The position numbers and the translations under genes were made by a program. The notes beneath the pieces were generated by a model. The model had not been told where the DNA came from. It searched no databases and saw only the letters and a list, made by a program, of their open reading frames with translations. From Mytilus californianus (Eukaryota), in the NCBI RefSeq assembly GCF_021869535.1, contig NW_026262604.1:10106001-10170000 (forward strand): a DNA stretch of 64,000 nt. The letters run 5' to 3'. This document shows, one piece after another, positions 1 to 12,640 of this stretch (within the stretch, counting starts at the first letter, position 1; the number at the start of each line of letters is the position of its first letter).

Positions 1-429
1 CAAAAGCACTGTTGTTTTTAATTGGCGGAATATTTTTTAACAAATAACAGTTGGCCAACAGTATATTTTTAAGCCCATTTCGCTCAGTTGAATAGAAATT
101 CCAATTTTAACTGTTCTGTCGTAGAAATGTCATCATGTTATTGTTTGTACGTAGAACATGTATCATTATATTAAAATGTGTCAGTCCCAGCCAAGATTCA
201 CTGAATAACCACGAAATGTTTACAGATGATAAATAAATTTTACACAAAAATTCATGAATCTGTATGAACGTTATGTACGATGAAGTTAATTAAGTGTTCA
301 CAAGAAAGTAAGTATGAATATAAATTTTATTTATAGTCGGAACAAATATATACACTTTAACCGTGAGATAAAATATAAGCTTTGATGAGCTCTATAACCG
401 ACTATCATATAAAAACCGCAATGAATGAA

Positions 430-695
430 CGTTACCAGATTAGAGATGAACGTTTGACAAATGCACATTATCTGATGTACACAGTTATACACGATTGACG
501 AACGCACGATACACGGTTAAGAATGAATGATTAATGAACGCACGATACACGCACGATACACGCACCATACACGATTAAGAATACACGATGCACGCACGTT
601 ACACGGAAAATACACGGAACGATGAATGATGAGCGCACGATTGGTACACGCACGATACACGCACGCAACACGCACGATACACGATGAACGCACGG
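430..695. repeat. Low-complexity tandem array of ACACG/GCACGAT/GATGAAC-type units
   Basis: Many imperfect copies of acacgatacacgc and gatgaacgcacg; explains the R/V/C-rich spurious ORF 531..797. Confidence 0.85.
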
Positions 696-1074
696 AATAA
701 TGGTCAGTTTGAATTTTAGAAGGTCTGTAGTTGTTAATTTCTGTGTCATTTGGTCTCTTGTGGAGAGTTGTCTCATTTTTTTATATAGTAGCTGCAATTA
801 TTTAGACCACAAACGGATTGAAGTGCCACCCGCTTTTCCCGTCGAGGAAATACAAACACGCTCAAAATACTGTAACGCTGTCACACATACTCCATGAAAC
901 GTGAATTTTATGTACAAATATACAACTTGTACAAATCATTTTAATTTTTTAAAGTACATCCCTTATCTTGCAGCGATAGAACAAGACTCACGATGCTGAC
1001 GTTTGTGGCACTTTTTGTCGTATTTGGATCTGGAGGTTAGTATTAATATAATACTGTGCACTGTTTTAGTTTTA

Positions 1075-1459
1075 AGGATGTTCGCTACTTTTTTCTTTAA
1101 CTGTTAATAGACTGTTATAATTTGAAAGTATAAAAACAACAGATTTTAAAAAGCAGACAAAAATGAAAGTGTCCTTGTTTTTGAGATATATATATATATA
1201 AGCCATTGAAAATTTGGCGGGAAATGAATCTCTAGATTTTTCATACATTTAACATTTTTGTATTTTTTTTTATTTTCTAAAACTGAAAAATGACAAGGAG
1301 TTTATAATATTTTGAAATATACCTTTTAAAAAATATAAGTTTTAAAACTATTTAAAAAAGTATTGGTTAGCGCGCAATTTTTTTAATGGCACAACATGGA
1401 TAAAACCAGAGGATTCAGAATATCTGACAAAATGTTAAAAACAAAACTGGGAACATCCT
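1075..1459. mobile_element. MITE family 1, copy 1 (about 385 bp, TIR AGGATGTTC, TA flanks)
   Basis: ta|aggatgttcgct at 1075 and gaacatcct|ta at 1459; interior shared with 7200-7592, 8163-8340, 40970-41220 and 58770-58900. Confidence 0.75.
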
Positions 1460-3619
1460 TACATGTACCATCAATACTATCAGAGGCTGAGCTATTAAAA
1501 GGGAGCCTTTACTAGATCGATTTTATTGAACTTTAACATTATTAATTTATGTAGGATTATTTTAAAATACACTAAAGTCAATTTAAAGAGAAAACCAACA
1601 GCCTAAATTTATAACAAAACATTTTACGAAAAATAAATATGACAGACATGATCTAACGACAACCACTGAAAACCAGACTCCTGAATGTGTAGATTTTAAA
1701 ACTAGGTGATAGAATAGAGCTAATCATGCGAGATCCTCATGGATAATCAAGGTCGCTAAACATCCCGGCTTGGAGTAGATTTTGGTAGTATTTCTGCAGA
1801 GTTTATTTATGTAAATTGGATACATTGTCAATTGGGTTTTATATAAAAAAAAATCAGTCTTTAAAATGCTATCAAAATGTAAGAATCTTAACTCATTTTA
1901 CCTCTCATTACACCACATATTAATTTGCAGTTACAAGACTTAGTGTAACATTACTTTCTTAACCCCCTACATTTTACTATATTCAGTCATATAAATCTTG
2001 GATTGAGACTTGAGAAGAAAAATGTTACTTCAAAATTGCATTCACTATTTGTGAATGATACACAAAAGCACAATACAAGAACACAAATTTCGCTATCCCT
2101 TTGAAATTGGAATTTGATAAAGAAGAAATAACATGTTCTATATTTATCATATATATGTGTAGTTTCAGTTTCAACTATTGTTCTAAATTTAGATTTTATT
2201 TTCCCAAAAATTTGCGGACTGAATAGAAGACACCTGTTTATTTTCTGCACCTTGTGGATAAAGTTGAACACTGAGAGTTGAATGACATAGACTAGTTTTT
2301 AGTTATTCCGAGATAAAAGTTAGAGTGCTTAATGCTTAGTTTCTGTGTAATGTTTTGTGGACTGAATCTGATGGCATTTTTTGTATGTTAATTGTCTTTG
2401 CTCTTTGGCTTGTAAATGTTGCACTAGTGGTCGAATTATCCCCCCTTTTTATTTATATATAAATCATGTCCTATTATTTCAATTGCATAAAAAAGAACAC
2501 GTCAACGTTTTTTTTAGTTAAAAACACAAGTTCAATTGTGGGGTCATTTCTGCTTTGATTTTAATCAATTTGGTACAAATAGAAGCAGAATTGTCACTTG
2601 TTTATTTGTTTATTTGGTTATAATTTAGTTGATAGGCGTTTTTACTTTCTTTTGATATAAATGCAAGTTGTATTGTTTACCCTCTCCTGCGTGTCTAATT
2701 TAAAACAAAAACAGTGGCAATAGAGTCACATGAGCTAGTCAGGCTAACTAGCAATAGGATACTCATATTTCTGATTGGAGTCATTCAAATAATTTCTTTG
2801 AAGTTTTGAGACAGCATAGGCATACATGTTTGGATTCGTAATAGACCGCACGAAGTCATTTCTCTTTCATGTGTACATTTTTCCTTTCTTAGAGAAAGGG
2901 AGATAACTCGCGTAACTAACGACGGACGTTTTTTATCCCGAATTCCGGTAGAGGCGAGCAATTACGTGTACCTCGCCTTAATTAGTGATGATAATGATAG
3001 TGATCACGGTTTTTCATTCGTATTTTAGAATTCAAATTATATTTTTTGAAAAATGAGCTTCCACAATAGAGGGGTTTAGCCATAGAAGTTAAGAATATAT
3101 CTCTGGTATAGCAGGGCTGCCAAGTCTCACGCATTGTCATGCTTATTTGGCGGCATTTTTCTTTGATCTATTGTTTTTTCTCTTTGATCTTTACGATTTT
3201 GGCCAAATCTCACGCATTTGCATTATTAAAAGTTGGCAGAACTGGTATAGAATGGGGATCTCAATCCCTTTGGTGGAATTCAACAATTTATTACATGAGG
3301 TAGAATGGGCATTAAACCCTGGGCTGATATGCATAAAACCACTTAAGGTAAGATATACCGGTATAATACTAATACTAATTTATCGTAGGACATGTAGAAA
3401 AATCCGTCCGTTCGGAACAAATCTTAACTAAAGTAGCTTTATGCATACGGGCCCTGGGCTATACCCTTAGGCGCAATGCTTATGTCTTGACATAGAAATC
3501 AAGTATTATAGTTTATTGTTTTATTGTCTCCATTTGTCGAATGGGGGTTTAAAGATTAAACGAATAACTAAAACACTCGACCACCTTGACTGAAACCGAA
3601 AGCTGAATTTTTTAGTAAA

Positions 3620-3786
3620 GTCTAGGTGGCCGAGTGGTCTAGAGCATTGGACACAGTGCAGGCGGTGTTGTCACGATATCCCAATAGCATGAGTTCGAAT
3701 TCCGGCGAGGGAAGAACAAAAATTTGCTTCCGCAAATTTGCAGATTTAACATTGTTGTGCTGATATTTAGAGTAATTATATATATA
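3620..3786 (+). mobile_element. tRNA-derived SINE with (TA)n tail
   Basis: Pol III A box TGGCCGAGTGG at 3627-3637, B box GAGTTCGAAT at 3691-3700, ends in TA repeats; spacing and lack of cloverleaf argue against a real tRNA. Confidence 0.65.
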
Positions 3787-5201
3787 TGTAGGACTCTAAA
3801 GTGCGATGATACTCTAAAGTGCGAGGGTCATGCTAAAGTGCGATGGTATACGCTAAAGTGCGATGGAGGCAAACGCTAAACTGCAATGGTATGACATGCT
3901 AAAGAGCGATGGTATAACACGCTAAAGTGCAATAGTAAAGCACGCTAAAATGCGATGGTGTAACAGGAATGGGGTTCAGGCAATGGTTTTCGTTTGTTGC
4001 TGTGTTCCTATTATTGTAGTTTTTCGTTTATTATTATATAGATATAGGAAGATGTGGTATGTTTGTCAATCAAGCCGTTGTCTTTCTCTTTTGATTTGTT
4101 TTACACTAGTCATTGTGTTGCCCTATGTATATATAGACTGCTAATCTATGCGGTATAGGCTAAAGGCTGTAGTTATTAGTTGCATATATCAACGACATTT
4201 GGTCTTGGGTGGATATATGTCTCATTTTTTTATTTAAAGTACGATAGTTGTCAAAAAAGTGTAATGTTTACATTGCAGTTGCTAGTGTTTACTTTATGAA
4301 CCTGTCTCAAGCCAAACACATGTAATTCAGTGGTAGCGTTTGTTGTTGTATTTCATATTTGTTTTCCGTTTATTGTTTTGTTTATAAATCAGGTTTGACA
4401 CTGGTCGTTTTGTGGCCCTTTGATCTTTTCAGAATAGTATGCGGTGTTAGCCAATGCTCCGCATTAAAGGCCATGCGGTAACCTATAGTTGCTTACGTTA
4501 ATGACATTTGGTCTATTTGGTCGTTATGTTACTGTCTAGTTGACGTATATTCATATCTTTAAAAGTAATAACGAACCATGTTGTTAAAAAATGTTTTATA
4601 GAATGATTGCATTAGAAAGTAAAAAAGAAGACTTTTTTTCATGCAAGTTCATTACATCTGATTACAAACATAGAAGGAGCTGCTAAATTAAATGTGGACG
4701 AATTTAATTCCTCAACATCCAAGTGAGCCATCTCCAAAATCTCCTTTTCCTCTTAAGTTAATTTATATTTTGTAACCTTAACACAAATAGTAGAAATACT
4801 AAAATTATTTCAGCATAAAGGATCAAATGATCATGCGTATGATTGTCCTGTATATGCATGTGATATTTATCACTGTACGTTCAACAAGCAAAAATAAGTT
4901 TATATTATTTTATTAATTAATTTTACCGAACAACTGGAAAATATGGTTTTCAAAGTCTTTCATACACAGCGTCGCTTTTAAAGTAATCTGCTTTTTCATT
5001 TTTGTTGATTTCCATTGTTGTCGTTAAAACGCACTTTAGCGTATTGAGGCATCGGACTTTATCGTGTTCCATTTAATAGCACATACCATCATACTTTAGC
5101 AATAGCGACTGCGTGTCAAACAATCGCACTTTAGCGTAGACCATCGCACTTTAGCGTGACCATCGCGTTTTAGCGTCCCCATCGCACTTTAGAATCCTAC
5201 A
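3787..5201. mobile_element. Foldback-type non-autonomous TIR element with subterminal tandem arrays
   Basis: Left end tgtaggactctaaagtgcgatg mirrors right end catcgcactttagaatcctaca; about 8 copies of gctaaagtgcgatgg at 3795-3960 and about 7 inverted copies at 5030-5192; TA on both flanks. Confidence 0.75.
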
Positions 5202-5451
5202 TATATAAACAAGTCTTTATTATCATCCAAGTCAAAATTTATAAAATTTATAAAAGTAAACCATTATAGGTCACAGTACGGTCTTCAACACGGAGTTTAA
5301 AAGCTTATTAACAATAGAACGTGATTAAAACGTTCAGTTGATTTTTTCAGAGTTATCTCCCTGTAGTGTTATGTACCACCTTATTTCAGTCGCGGGTGTG
5401 TTCTAGTTGTGTATATAAAAACGAGCTATTTTGACATACTTCAATTTCGAA

Positions 5452-5706
5452 GGGGGTCTCCGTTGTCGAGTGGTCTAAATAGTCGAACTACTTTATCACT
5501 AGCCAGTCAACACTGAGTTCTGAGTTCGAATCCTGTACGGGGTAGGTGCACTCGACTCCAATCTTTATTAACTAGGATTGTTAGTTTTCCTACCGAAGGT
5601 CGGTGGTTCTCTCCGGGCACTCCGGCTTCCGCCGCCAATATAAACTGACCGCCACGATAACATAATAGTGTTGAAAGAGGCGTTAAACACCAATCAATCG
5701 ATCAAT
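5452..5706 (+). mobile_element. tRNA-derived SINE with a V-domain-like core
   Basis: A-box-like ttgtcgagtgg, B box gagttcgaatcc at 5522-5533, core ggtcggtggttctctccgggcactccggcttcc, tail gttgaaagaggcgttaaacacc(aatc)n; degenerate inverted copy at 18412-18570. The V-domain assignment is from memory. Confidence 0.7.
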
Positions 5707-6104
5707 TTCGATGATTATAAAACACAATTTAAAAACATAGGTGCTATATAAACGAGTAATACTTAGAACTTAATACAGAAATTGAAACAAAATGTGATGT
5801 CAAAAATCGAAAAACGAAAACACTTCCGTTATTCATTTTTTGTTTTAAGATATCAAAAATGAAAAACGAAATCACTTGTTTTTCGAATTGGTTTTTGAGA
5901 AATAAAAAATGAAAAACGAAAATACACTTTAAAACGAAACAAATAGACGCAAATATACACGGACCGTTATGCATGGTATACAGAGTTTACTTTAAGCTGC
6001 TCCACTTATTGGCACATGTGCAATGCTTTAAGTGTTCAGTATATAACTAATCTGGTGACAACTTGATTATAATATATTCACAATATCCAAATCTATACTA
6101 ATAT

Positions 6105-6350
6105 AAAAATAAGATGTTGTATGATTGTCAATGAGACAACTATCCACAAGAGACCAAATGACACAGAAATTAACAACTATAAGTCAGCGTACGGCCTTCA
6201 ACAATGAGCAAAGCCCATACCGTATAGTCAGCTATAAAAGACCCCGAAATGACAAATGTAACACAATTCAAACGAGAAAACTAAAGGCCTATTTGCCCTA
6301 ATTTATGTACAAAATAATGAACGAAAAACAAATATATATGTTACACAGCA
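6105..6350 (+). repeat. Dispersed repeat family A (gagacaactatccacaagagaccaaatgacacagaaattaacaactata...)
   Basis: Clearly alignable to 12345-12640; reverse-strand fragments near 4130-4220 and 4410-4520. Confidence 0.8.
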
Positions 6351-6527
6351 ACAAATATGGTCTAATAAGAGATTCTTTTTTTCAATAAAATGAATATTTT
6401 TAAAACAAAAAAATCAAAGCTGTACTTCTTTTCATTAAAATGACATTCACTTGCAGTTTAAAAGTATAATAAAATTATTGTGTATTTCAATAATCAGTAA
6501 AAACATATTTTAAAGAAAATTCTCTTT

Positions 6528-6798
6528 AAACAAGGAATTATTTGAATCTGGAATAATTTTGAATTCTGGAAAATTGATGAGAAATATATGATGAAAACTA
6601 ACCCAACTAAATAGGGTTAGCCATGCGTGCATGGCTAAGGTGGGTTAGTTAGTTCATACTGAAATGATAGTGAAAGTAAAATTAATCTTAGCCATGCACG
6701 CATGGCTAACCCTATTTAGTTGGGTTAGTTTTCATCATACATTTCTAATCAATTTTCCAGAATTCAAAATTATTCCAGATTCAAATAATTCCTTGTTT
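6528..6798. repeat. Near-perfect long inverted repeat (112-bp arms, 47-bp spacer)
   Basis: 6528-6639 is the reverse complement of 6687-6798 with 2 mismatches by eye; each arm carries the internal palindrome tagccatgc-gt-gcatggcta. Confidence 0.92.
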
Positions 6799-7199
6799 TT
6801 AAGGGAAAACAACTCCATATAAGAAATAAAGACCATAACATTTTTCCGAGATTCATTCCTCTAGATCTTTCATCACCTTTTGTAAAGTTATATTTTATGT
6901 TATTTATATGCAAAAGCTTCTAAATCTTTTAAAATATGTTGATGTACAACTACCCATCTGCCGTCCAACCCTCCAATATTTATTTCTGGAATAGCTCTCA
7001 TTTAATTCAGCCTATCAACCACCAGGAATCGATAAAGAGGACAATAAGCAAGGGTTGGACTCTGGATAAATTTGTTGAGCAGCGGAACAAGTTGAAGACA
7101 CTTTCTTACAGATGCAGGACATAGAATTAGGAAATCACAGCGTGCGTTCAGCAAATAGAATACAGAGCAACAGGTCGTACAACAGAGCACATGAATTTT

Positions 7200-7592
7200 A
7201 GGATGTTCGCTCCTCTTGTTTTTTGAATTTTCGTCAGATATTCGGAATCCTCTGGTTTTCGTGCAGTGCCATTAAAATGTTTTGCCTCTAACCCTTACTT
7301 TTCTTTTAAATTTTATTACATATAGTCTTAAAAGCCAAATTTGAAAATCTTCTACAATCCTTGTTATTTTTTTTTATAGTTTTTGAATGAAAAAAAGTGC
7401 CAATATTAAAAATATGAAAAATCTAGAGAGAATCATTTCCCGCCAATTTTTCAATGGCTTATATCTCGAAAACAAGGACACGAACCCTTCCTTTTTTTCT
7501 GCTTTTATAGTTACGTTATTAATTAATATTCTATCAATTTATAACTGTCTTTTAAAAAGCTTGTTATTTTGAAACAGAGTAGCGAACATCCT
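7200..7592. mobile_element. MITE family 1, copy 2 (opposite orientation to copy 1)
   Basis: aggatgttcgct at 7200-7211 and agcgaacatcct at 7581-7592 are exact 12-bp inverted ends; interior matches the reverse complement of 1075-1459. Confidence 0.8.
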
Positions 7593-7914
7593 GAAACATG
7601 ATAGGTTTCAACAAAGTGAAGGAAATATAATTTAATTTTGATGTAACACGTCTTCTGATTGGCTGAAAGTGTTTTGTCAATCAGCTCATAGACATAATTT
7701 TGTCATGTGACCGTGACGTCACCAGCGTTTTTTTCAAAATTTACTCCTTAAAAATGGAATTCAGAATTGAATTATAAGGAATGACTGTAATATTTTTTAT
7801 GTCTATGAAGAAAGGACATCAAAAATGTGTGCACACTGAATAACCCGAGTAGCGAGTTATTTAAAAGTGTGCACCACATTTTTTAGGTTATTTCGAACAT
7901 AACAGATCTGTCAA

Positions 7915-8560
7915 CTATAGAAACAGAAGAAATTTGAAGAAAACAACAGAAGATACAAATGAAACGGATTCAAATCTAGACAAATCAGATATGAAGAAGA
8001 TAAGCCAAATTTTGGAGAAACTACCAAGCACATTAATGAAAATAGGCAAAGTGAAGACCATACGTGGAATAACAGATATTGGAAAAAAAAAACAGTGACG
8101 GTAAGAATTGATGATGTGGATGTGAAGGTGGAACCAAATTTTGGAGCAGATATGAACGTGATTGATGAAAATGAAGGGTCCGTGCCCTTGTTTTCGAGAT
8201 ATAAGCCATTGAAAAATTGGCGGGAAATGATTCTCTCTAGATTTTTCATACATTTAACTATGGTACTTGCCACCTTTTTTCTTTCAAAAACTATTGAAGA
8301 TTTTATTACATTTTCAAATTTTCAGAAAATACCATACGGAAATCCAGTGTTAGAAAGACGCAAAATCACTACCATTAAAGGGAGAATCTACAACTTACTG
8401 TATTAAGAAATGAGACATGTGGCACCGAGACAACATTTATTGTTGTTCAGGAAGAAATCAATTCTCCACCATTGATTAGCAAATCAATCCTTATTGAGCT
8501 AGGATTGTTACAGATGGGTCAATATCCCTAATGCGACTCAAAGTGAGGAACACAAAAGAA
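7915..8560 (+). pseudogene. Decayed Ty3/Gypsy gag-tail/protease remnant interrupted by a MITE family 1 fragment
   Basis: TVRIDDVDVKVEPNFGADMNVIDE resembles the Gypsy protease active-site segment EPDSGADVN. After the insertion (about 8163-8340) a frame reads LRNETCGTETTFIVVQEEINSPPLISKSILIELGLLQM, like the protease C-terminal PLLGR..L..LG motif. Confidence 0.5.
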
Positions 8561-9676
8561 TTGCGTTAACAAAACATCTCTGCAGTGATATTGGACATGT
8601 TTCAATTTTTAACAAGTGACTAAGCCAAACCATTTGCGCTGATTTGGAGAGCAGAGGACCATAGAATAAAGGTGTAAAAACTATTGAGTTATTAAATGCA
8701 TGCAAAGAACTAAATTTTCGGAGAACTTATTGTGTGAAAAAATGGACTTTTTTCCTCGAGAAGCCGCGTCACGAAAGGATTTTCGGGGTGTGCTAATTTA
8801 CGGAAAAATGAATCTCCCTTCGTACCCCGAAAATGTAACCACACATGTGAAAATGTCTCAGCTTCGAAACGAGTCATCATACATATCCAAGTTTACGATA
8901 TAGGCAGAGGAACTGATGAGGAAATGGCTACCATTACCGCCTACCTGAAATGAATTGCGCATATTTACTCAGATCAGAGCTGATGGTTCTTGTGCTAAAT
9001 CAAATCAGTTAAGGATACCAGACACAGAAAAGATGAAACGATAGTAACAGATCAGGGCAGAGTAAAAATGAAACTCACCAACAAAACAGAAAATAATGAA
9101 AATCTACAAAGGAAAGAGAGTGCAACAGCTTAACAGGAGCTGATTACGGGTAACACCACACCAAACTACAATAATATCACCGTAAAAAGCTCTAATTCAC
9201 CGACCCATTAGGACAAAATTAGAGTTTATACAGAGAAAGACTGACAAGAATGAACATTTGTAGTATGATATAAATGAAAGATACAGACGATATATGAAGA
9301 AAATCCCCCCCCCCCCTAAATGTTTAGGTGCGCGTCTGTCTCTTTTTGGTCTATATTCTGGTTCTTCTGATTGATTATTCTGACTTTTGTTATTTCTCTT
9401 AACCTCTATAAGTTGATTGTAATGATGTCTTTTTATCCGCCCCCTCCCACGAATGTCTTGTGGGGACTCATTTGTTTTGTCCTCCGCCCCTTCATGGAAC
9501 GAAATACATGGTTATTGCATATACTTTCTACAAGTCCCACTCTTTACGTTGTCATGTTGGTGGGATCCCCCTTTTTCAAAATCTTGGATCTGCATCTGTT
9601 CATCATGTTATAAAAATAGGCAAGTCATCTGGAATTCCATTTCTTCTTTGTAATCTTTCAAACATTTTAGTTTCAG

Positions 9677-9828
9677 CTCTAGGATGTGAGAAATTATGGG
9701 TACAATTTGAAAACCATTGCTATTATTCAAATCAAATGCCATTTTCTCAGCGGAAAAGATTCGAAAAAAATAGAACAAATAGTGCAGGCATGGTTGAAGA
9801 GATCCAGTTACAATGGGCACCAGCCCAG
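9677..9828 (+). CDS. C-type lectin (perlucin-like) gene, CTLD exon A
   Basis: Acceptor tttcag|, donor CAG|gtaagt at 9829, phase 1 to phase 0; encodes LGCEKLWVQFENHCYY...LQWAPAQ, the CxxxWxxFxxHCYY start of a long-form CTLD. Confidence 0.85.
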
Positions 9829-11689
9829 GTAAGTAAAATGTAGAACTGTAGCAGAACTAGGTTAAACCACATCTTTTTACCGGCTATCGTGCAATCCTGT
9901 ACGCGGGTGTGGATGTGGTCCTTCATTTCTGTATTATTTAATTTTTTAGCCTGTTTTTCTGTATTCTCAATATCTTTGGCCCCTTATCCTCTATTCTTAA
10001 CATTTTAGCACCTCATTATTATCAATTCTTATTTTTCCCCTATTTTTCTCTATAATTTTATATTATTTTGACCCTTTATTCTGCACTTTTTGCCCATTAT
10101 TCTATATTCTATAAACCCCATTCAGACCCTCGTATATAACAGGTAACACTATATAAATAACACATAGCCGAGAGAATGATAGAGCAGATTGTTACCACGA
10201 AGAAACATTGTCAAGCGAGGCGAATTTATTATACTGAATGTTCTGTCATTATTGTCTTTTAAATTTTAAATTGAAATTAATTCGCTATGACGACATGTAC
10301 ATAACAAGGTTACAGATATTAGAAAAACAACAAAAGTGAAGCAAGATGTATTTTTATTTTGGCAGTCTATGAAAAAGTTCTGAGGCCAAAACGTAGAACA
10401 TGAGCATTATTTTTAAAATTATTGATGTAAATTCAATTCATTGTCTTTTAAATATCAATTTTTGATTCGACTGCACGAGAGGGCGATATTAAAAAAATTG
10501 TCTCCCGCTGAACCATTGGATAGAATGAATTATCTCCCTCGTATTAGCCAATCAAAATCTGGCATTTTAAGGTGAAGTATAATGAAAATCATTACCAGGC
10601 AGCTGTACGTACATTTATTGTTGGAAACGCAGACAAAAATCTACTTGTCACGATCGCAGTTTTCACGCTTAACCACAGGACCACCAGCAAAAATTTGCTT
10701 TTTAAATGCCCTTATATATAATGTAGCATGTATTCAAATCAATTAAAGAATCATCCAATGTATAAAAGATTCAAGATTTAATACAATTATTCAAAATTTA
10801 AATTAATATGAGCCAGTGCCTGAAAAAAAGAGATTTTCAAATGAAGGTGGCTTTACATAAAAATGTAATTTTTTTCTACCAATTTAAAATTTTTAAGGTT
10901 TTTGGTTTAAATAATTATTTCAAATATATTCAATGTACCTTGAACATTGGAAAAAAAGTTACAAATATCATACCACATGAGTATAAAATGGTCTTGGTCA
11001 TGTATGATATAAAATTATTTTTTGGTCAATATAGGCCATAACACCTATTTACACATAAAAATGAATACAGAACTGAGAAGCTATAGGAAATAGATTTTTT
11101 TTACTGTTTGCTCATTTCTATAATGTCTATGCTAAGATGTCATGATACAAGAAGTACAATTTATGCTGGTGCAGTGTTTTTTTTTTCAATTTTTAGTATA
11201 AAACTTATGTAATTTTAGTCCCAATAGGCATATAATACATGTACATTGTATTTGATCAAATTACTATCCTACCAAAGAAAATAAAGGTAGTATATTAAAT
11301 GACACAGGTACACTTATCAACATAATTTACTGTCTGAAAACTTTATAAATCTCAAAAACACTATTTTTAGCATAAAAAAACATGTGTGCACTTAAAATTC
11401 TTGTACGAGAGAGGGGGGAGTGACAGGTATTTGCATAACATGATTTGCAGAACAGAATAAAAAAAAAAAAACTTGCGCACTGCGAAAAGTCATAAGGTTA
11501 TAAGGTTATATCAATGGAATAAGCCTGTAAAGTTGGCCTGCTGCTAATAAAACCATGCTTTTCAACACTTTTTACTTTCTGGATCAGTTATGTATGGGAA
11601 CTTAAATATCACCATAAATGAATTCTTTTGTCACCAGTATACTGCATGTTGTTATTTATATCTAAAGTAGATACCAAGATTGGATTTAT

Positions 11690-12060
11690 TATGCCTGCCA
11701 CAAATGTGGATGGATATAGATATAGCCTTGTCCGTCCATAAGTATGTACATCCCTATCCAGTTAAATTTTGCATTTAGCCCCATTTTTCAGAAACTTATG
11801 GTAATATATCAATGATATTTATTCACCACATATATATTGTATGCTAGTAGTATAACACATTACTTGAGTCACTATGACCTACATTTCATGCTTTAGTGTC
11901 TTTGGTTAAGTCTTGCGTTTAGGTTCATTCCACAGAAATCTATAGTGATATATCACCACTACAGTATTCTTTTATAGTACAACACAGCTCATCAACAATT
12001 TGATTACTGTGACCTACATTTAATGACAGGACATCCTGTGTCTTATAGAAACATTTTCTA
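11690..12060. repeat. Non-autonomous repeat with gtcc microsatellite-like head and internal tgacctacattt repeats
   Basis: Architecture (ttatgcc head, tgtccgtcc, tgacctacatt twice, ggacatcctgtgtc end) resembles 57255-57518. Confidence 0.45.
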
Positions 12061-12344
12061 GTTAATACAAATCTAACACACTATTCAACCTGAATTTGTT
12101 ATGTACATAAAACGGATAAATTGACAGATATGAAAAAAGATTAAATGGCTGGTGTATCATGTTCAACTATCTCATGTATTAATTTTTATACATAAACAAG
12201 TACTCCTATTAAATGAAAGAAGAATGTGTCTGTCAAACTTAGATATAAATGGCTCCTCTAATAATTCATTATACAACAAACATAGGAGCTGTCCTGTGTG
12301 TTATATTTGTCAGCTACATGTAAATGTCTAAAATTTCAAATATA

Positions 12345-12640
12345 TATAAAAAGATGGGATTTTATTGCCAATGAGACGCGGCATGATTGCCACTGAGAAA
12401 ACTTTCCACCAGAGACTAAAAGACATAAAAGTTAACAACTATAGGTCACCCTGTGGCCTTCAATAATGAGCCAACTCTATACCGCATAGCAAGCTATAAA
12501 ACGAAATGACAAATGTAAAGCAATTCAAAAAAGAAAACTAACAGCTTGATAAAAAAATAAAAGTATGACAACAACAAATGACAACCACTGAATTACATGC
12601 TCCTGACTTGAGACAACCACATACTACATAGTTATCTAAA
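12345..12640 (+). repeat. Dispersed repeat family A copy
   Basis: attgccaatgagac...aacaactataggtcacc...ggccttcaataatgag...ataccgcatag matches 6105-6350. Confidence 0.8.

Noticed and set aside
531-797. 88-aa R/V/C-rich ORF
   Set aside because: Translation of the ACACG tandem array
3620-3720. tRNA-like sequence, also at 5452-5540
   Set aside because: A and B boxes are present but spacing is too long and no cloverleaf is evident; SINE heads rather than tRNA genes
4814-4874. Possible upstream lectin exon (tttcag|...cact|gtacgt, phase 0 to 1)
   Set aside because: Splice signals and exit phase fit, but the peptide HKGSNDHAYDCPVYACDIYH is not signal-peptide-like and lies inside a foldback element; unsupported
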